NCBI GenBank assembly: GCA_964438305.1
Contig: CAYTKL010000002.1
Span: forward strand, 1-34,649
DNA length: 34,649 nt
Source: an uncultured Dehalococcoidales bacterium
GTDB lineage: Bacteria > Chloroflexota > Dehalococcoidia > E44-bin15
Direction: 5' to 3'
Of this stretch, positions 32,430 to 34,649 are shown piece by piece. Made by a program: the position numbers and the translations under genes. A model generated the notes under the pieces. That model worked only from the letters and a program-made list of their open reading frames with translations. It made no database searches and was not told where the DNA came from. Within the stretch, counting starts at the first letter, position 1, and every line of letters begins with the position of its first letter.

Positions 32430-32459
32430 ATCATACCACGGATAGCACCGGGGTGTCAA
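32430..32459 (-). promoter_or_regulatory. sigma70 promoter (TTGACA-N18-TGgTATGAT) for the aroF leader
   Basis: On the minus strand the -35 is at 32459-32454 and the extended -10 ends at 32430, about 18 nt before the leader ATG. Confidence 0.6.
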
Positions 32460-32837
32460 CACCCCTTCCCTACCTGTCTACGGTCGGCCATCCGCCGCGC
32501 TGAGTCGAGCCTTGTGAAGGGCCATGCGCACCCCCTGCTACGGGCGCCACTGCGAGTAGCCCTGGAGTGACTGTTTCCGCAGCGAGCCTTCTTCCTCAGC
32601 GCTGTTGCCCCTCTCCGCTGGTAGACGCGTGGCGGTCGGGGTTTTTCCGGCGTGGTGCGCCAAATCGCCGTAATCCGCTTCTCAAATGAGGAATTCGCGG
32701 CCCAACGACCCCGGGTCAGGGAATCCCGTATGCCGGGGCCTGACCTTCAGCCAAACGCAGCATACCGCGCGCTTCCTTCCGCCCGTCCCTGCCGCAGGGT
32801 GGTTGGGGTGTGTATGTGGCCCACCCACCCGCCCTGA

Positions 32838-32890
32838 GGCGTAGTTCTGGGGGGCACCCCCAGAACTACGCCAGAGGGGGACACCCCTCT
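32838..32890. other. two adjacent perfect hairpins (16-bp and 7-bp stems) in a ~550-nt non-coding region
   Basis: GGCGTAGTTCTGGGGG-gca-CCCCCAGAACTACGCC, immediately followed by AGAGGGG-gaca-CCCCTCT. Confidence 0.6.
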
Positions 32891-33014
32891 GGACTCCCCT
32901 GTGGCGTGAAGGGGTGGAGGCGGGCCTGATGAATCAGGCAACTGCAGTGGTGCGGTGGTCGGCCTGCAGTTGCGCTGTCGCTCCTCGCTTGCTATCATTC
33001 TCTGTGATTTCGAG

Positions 33015-34073
33015 ATGGCACTGGAGGCCAGGTGCAGGACCACAGCCATGGGCATCATGCCTCACACCAATGTTGAGGTGGCGCTGCAGCTTGCCCTGAG
33101 TCTGGACATCCCTTTCTGGCCGCAGCTTCCCCGGGTGAGCTTCTACGAAGACATGTACGCCCAGGCATCGGAGAACTTCCCCGGAATACGGGTCGATGTC
33201 GAGAAGGACAAGCTCGGATTCGACACGGACAGGTTTCAGCAAGAGCTGGAACGCTACTCCGAAAGGATCGGCGATGCTGAGACCTTCACCATGAGCCGCG
33301 ACTACTCAGCGGTCTATCACCGATTCCTGGAAGAGGACCTTCAGGGCTATCACGCTATCAGGGGGCAGGTCACCGGCCCGATAAGCCTTGGCTTCAACGT
33401 GCTCGATGAGGACCGCAAGCCCATCCTGTACAACGACGACGTGAGAACCCTGCTGTTCGACTTCATACAGAAGAAGGTGAACGTCCAGTACCACCAGCTC
33501 AGAGAGAAGAACCCCAATGCCTTTGTGTGGGTGGACGAGCCGGGACTGAACTTCGTCTTCAGCGGCCTGTCCGGTTACAATGACCTCCAGGCCAAGGAGG
33601 ACTATCGGGGCTTCCTGAGCGGCTTCGATGGCCCCAGAGCGCTGCACCTGTGCCCCAACGTGAACCTGCCCTACCTGCTCGAGTTGGGGGTGGACATTCT
33701 GTCCTTTGATGCCTATCAGATAGAGTTCATGCCCCGGGAGTATGCCGCCTCGGTGGCGGGTTTCATTGAAAGCGGCAGGGTTATCTCGTGGGGAATCGTT
33801 CCCACCAGTTCGGCAACGCTTTCCGAGGAGACGGCCGAGACGCTGGCGGAGCGGCTCAGCGGCTACTGGGAGGTGGTATCGCGGAACGCTGGCATGCCGG
33901 TGAGACGGGTGGCCGAGCAGGCGCTGGTGGCGCCGGCACGATGCTGCGTCAAGGACCTGGAGGCACAGGGGCAGGCCTGTGCGTTGACCAGCGTGGAGGA
34001 GGAGAATGTCAGCACGGCATTCGCCATGCTGCGCGACGTCTCCCGAATCCTGAAGCACGAGTTCGAGCTGTAG
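33015..34073 (+). CDS. MetE C-terminal / uroporphyrinogen-decarboxylase-like (cobalamin-independent methyltransferase superfamily) protein
   Basis: TTAMGIMPHT N-terminal motif and LHLCPNVNLPYLLELGVDILSFDAY resemble short MetE-like/URO-D-fold proteins. Start is uncertain (33015 vs 33048), and the track start 32955 lies in structured non-coding sequence. Confidence 0.55.
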   Translation: MALEARCRTTAMGIMPHTNVEVALQLALSLDIPFWPQLPRVSFYEDMYAQASENFPGIRVDVEKDKLGFDTDRFQQELERYSERIGDAETFTMSRDYSAVYHRFLEEDLQGYHAIRGQVTGPISLGFNVLDEDRKPILYNDDVRTLLFDFIQKKVNVQYHQLREKNPNAFVWVDEPGLNFVFSGLSGYNDLQAKEDYRGFLSGFDGPRALHLCPNVNLPYLLELGVDILSFDAYQIEFMPREYAASVAGFIESGRVISWGIVPTSSATLSEETAETLAERLSGYWEVVSRNAGMPVRRVAEQALVAPARCCVKDLEAQGQACALTSVEEENVSTAFAMLRDVSRILKHEFEL

Positions 34074-34159
34074 AGGGACAGGTCGGGAAGTGACGTGCGC
34101 AGGACTGCTGGTTTCGGCTATAATCGGGTAAGCCCCTACTGCAACCATGGAGGTAGCCT

Positions 34160-34649
34160 TTGGATGTAGACAAGTTGAAGGTGACGGTCGCTGACGCGGT
34201 GGACGCTCAGAGTTCGGGCCTGATCGAGCTTAGCCTGATGATTCATGACAACCCTGAGGTGGCCTATGAGGAGGTGAAGGCTTCCGCCTGGCTGAGCGAG
34301 TATCTGGAAGAGCATGGTTTTGAGGTTGAGAGGGGGGTCTGCCAGTTGCCGACCGCTTTCATGGCGCGCTACGGTTCGGGCAAGCCGAGGATTGCTCTTC
34401 TAGCCGAGTACGACGCCCTGCCCGGGATAGGGCACGGCTGCGGTCACAACATAATCGGCACTGCCGCCGCCGGCGCGGGGGTCGCGGCTCGAAAGGCCGT
34501 TGACGCGGTGGGCGGGAGCGTTATGGTCATTGGCACTCCGGCCGAGGAGTCGTATGGCGGCAAGGTCGCGATGGCGGAAGGGGGCGCCTTTGAGGATGTC
34601 GATGCCGCCATGCTGGTGCATCCCCACGGGGTGGACATGGCCAGCATGC
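34160..34649 (+). CDS. M20-family metallopeptidase/amidohydrolase (AbgB-like), 3' end cut by window edge
   Basis: Open frame to the window end, with GGAGGT RBS then TTG 34160. My translation is ...LIELSLMIHDNPEVAYEEVKASAWLSEYLEEHGFEVE...LAEYDALPGIGHGCGHNIIGTAAAGA...VIGTPAEESYGGK. Not in the ORF track because no stop lies in the window. Confidence 0.8.
   Translation, partial: MDVDKLKVTVADAVDAQSSGLIELSLMIHDNPEVAYEEVKASAWLSEYLEEHGFEVERGVCQLPTAFMARYGSGKPRIALLAEYDALPGIGHGCGHNIIGTAAAGAGVAARKAVDAVGGSVMVIGTPAEESYGGKVAMAEGGAFEDVDAAMLVHPHGVDMASM

Noticed and set aside
32234-32460. T-box or other riboswitch in the aroF leader.
   Set aside because: I could not find the conserved T-box sequence (GGUGGNACCGCG-like) or a specifier-loop architecture. 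The leader-peptide attenuator model explains the promoter, ORF and terminator arrangement better.
32470-32640. Cobalamin riboswitch upstream of the MetE-like gene, prompted by a GCCACTG string near 32548.
   Set aside because: Only this heptamer resembles the cobalamin core. The GGGAA/GGTG...TCC elements and the B12 box (AGCCAGGAGACCTGCC-like) are absent.

Overview
GC-rich bacterial chromosomal segment with about 30 protein-coding genes and no rRNA, tRNA, CRISPR array or transposase that I can support. Taxon is not assignable from the sequence alone. Gene order, left to right:
- DUF169 protein (cut by the window edge), nitronate-monooxygenase-family flavoenzyme, two small hypotheticals and a universal stress protein.
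- trkA-trkH K+ uptake pair and a DUF998-like membrane protein.
- An 8-kb translationally coupled dehydrogenase/kinase cluster: AGPS/GlcD-like FAD oxidase, CCG Fe-S protein, GlpA-like FAD dehydrogenase with an N-terminal BON-like domain, FGGY kinase, GlpB-like flavoprotein, DUF1667.
- Thiolase, then a visibly lower-GC insertion carrying a DUF433/DUF5615 toxin-antitoxin-like pair, then an acyl-CoA mutase large subunit.
- Two tandem Moco/Tuco-type riboswitch aptamers in front of an operon of five exported or membrane-anchored proteins. Three of them carry four sulfite-oxidase/YedY-fold-like domains, one is an Ig-like anchor protein, and the last is an orphan WtpA tungstate/molybdate-binding protein.
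- A 1383-aa fused double BcrAD/BadFG activase plus dehydratase-like protein and a SagB-type nitroreductase.
- An ArsR/SmtB regulator with a Cys-rich DUF318 permease, bracketed by identical 22-bp palindromes.
- A DAHP synthase preceded by a promoter, a 27-codon leader ORF containing YYYWFWF, and a terminator.
- A MetE/URO-D-like protein and an M20 amidohydrolase (cut by the window edge).

The best candidate for an undescribed system is the riboswitch-controlled cell-surface operon at 19.2-24.5 kb. The aromatic leader-peptide attenuator of the DAHP synthase is the cleanest newly visible regulatory element. Functional calls come from my recognition of motifs in the translated ORFs. No database search was run.
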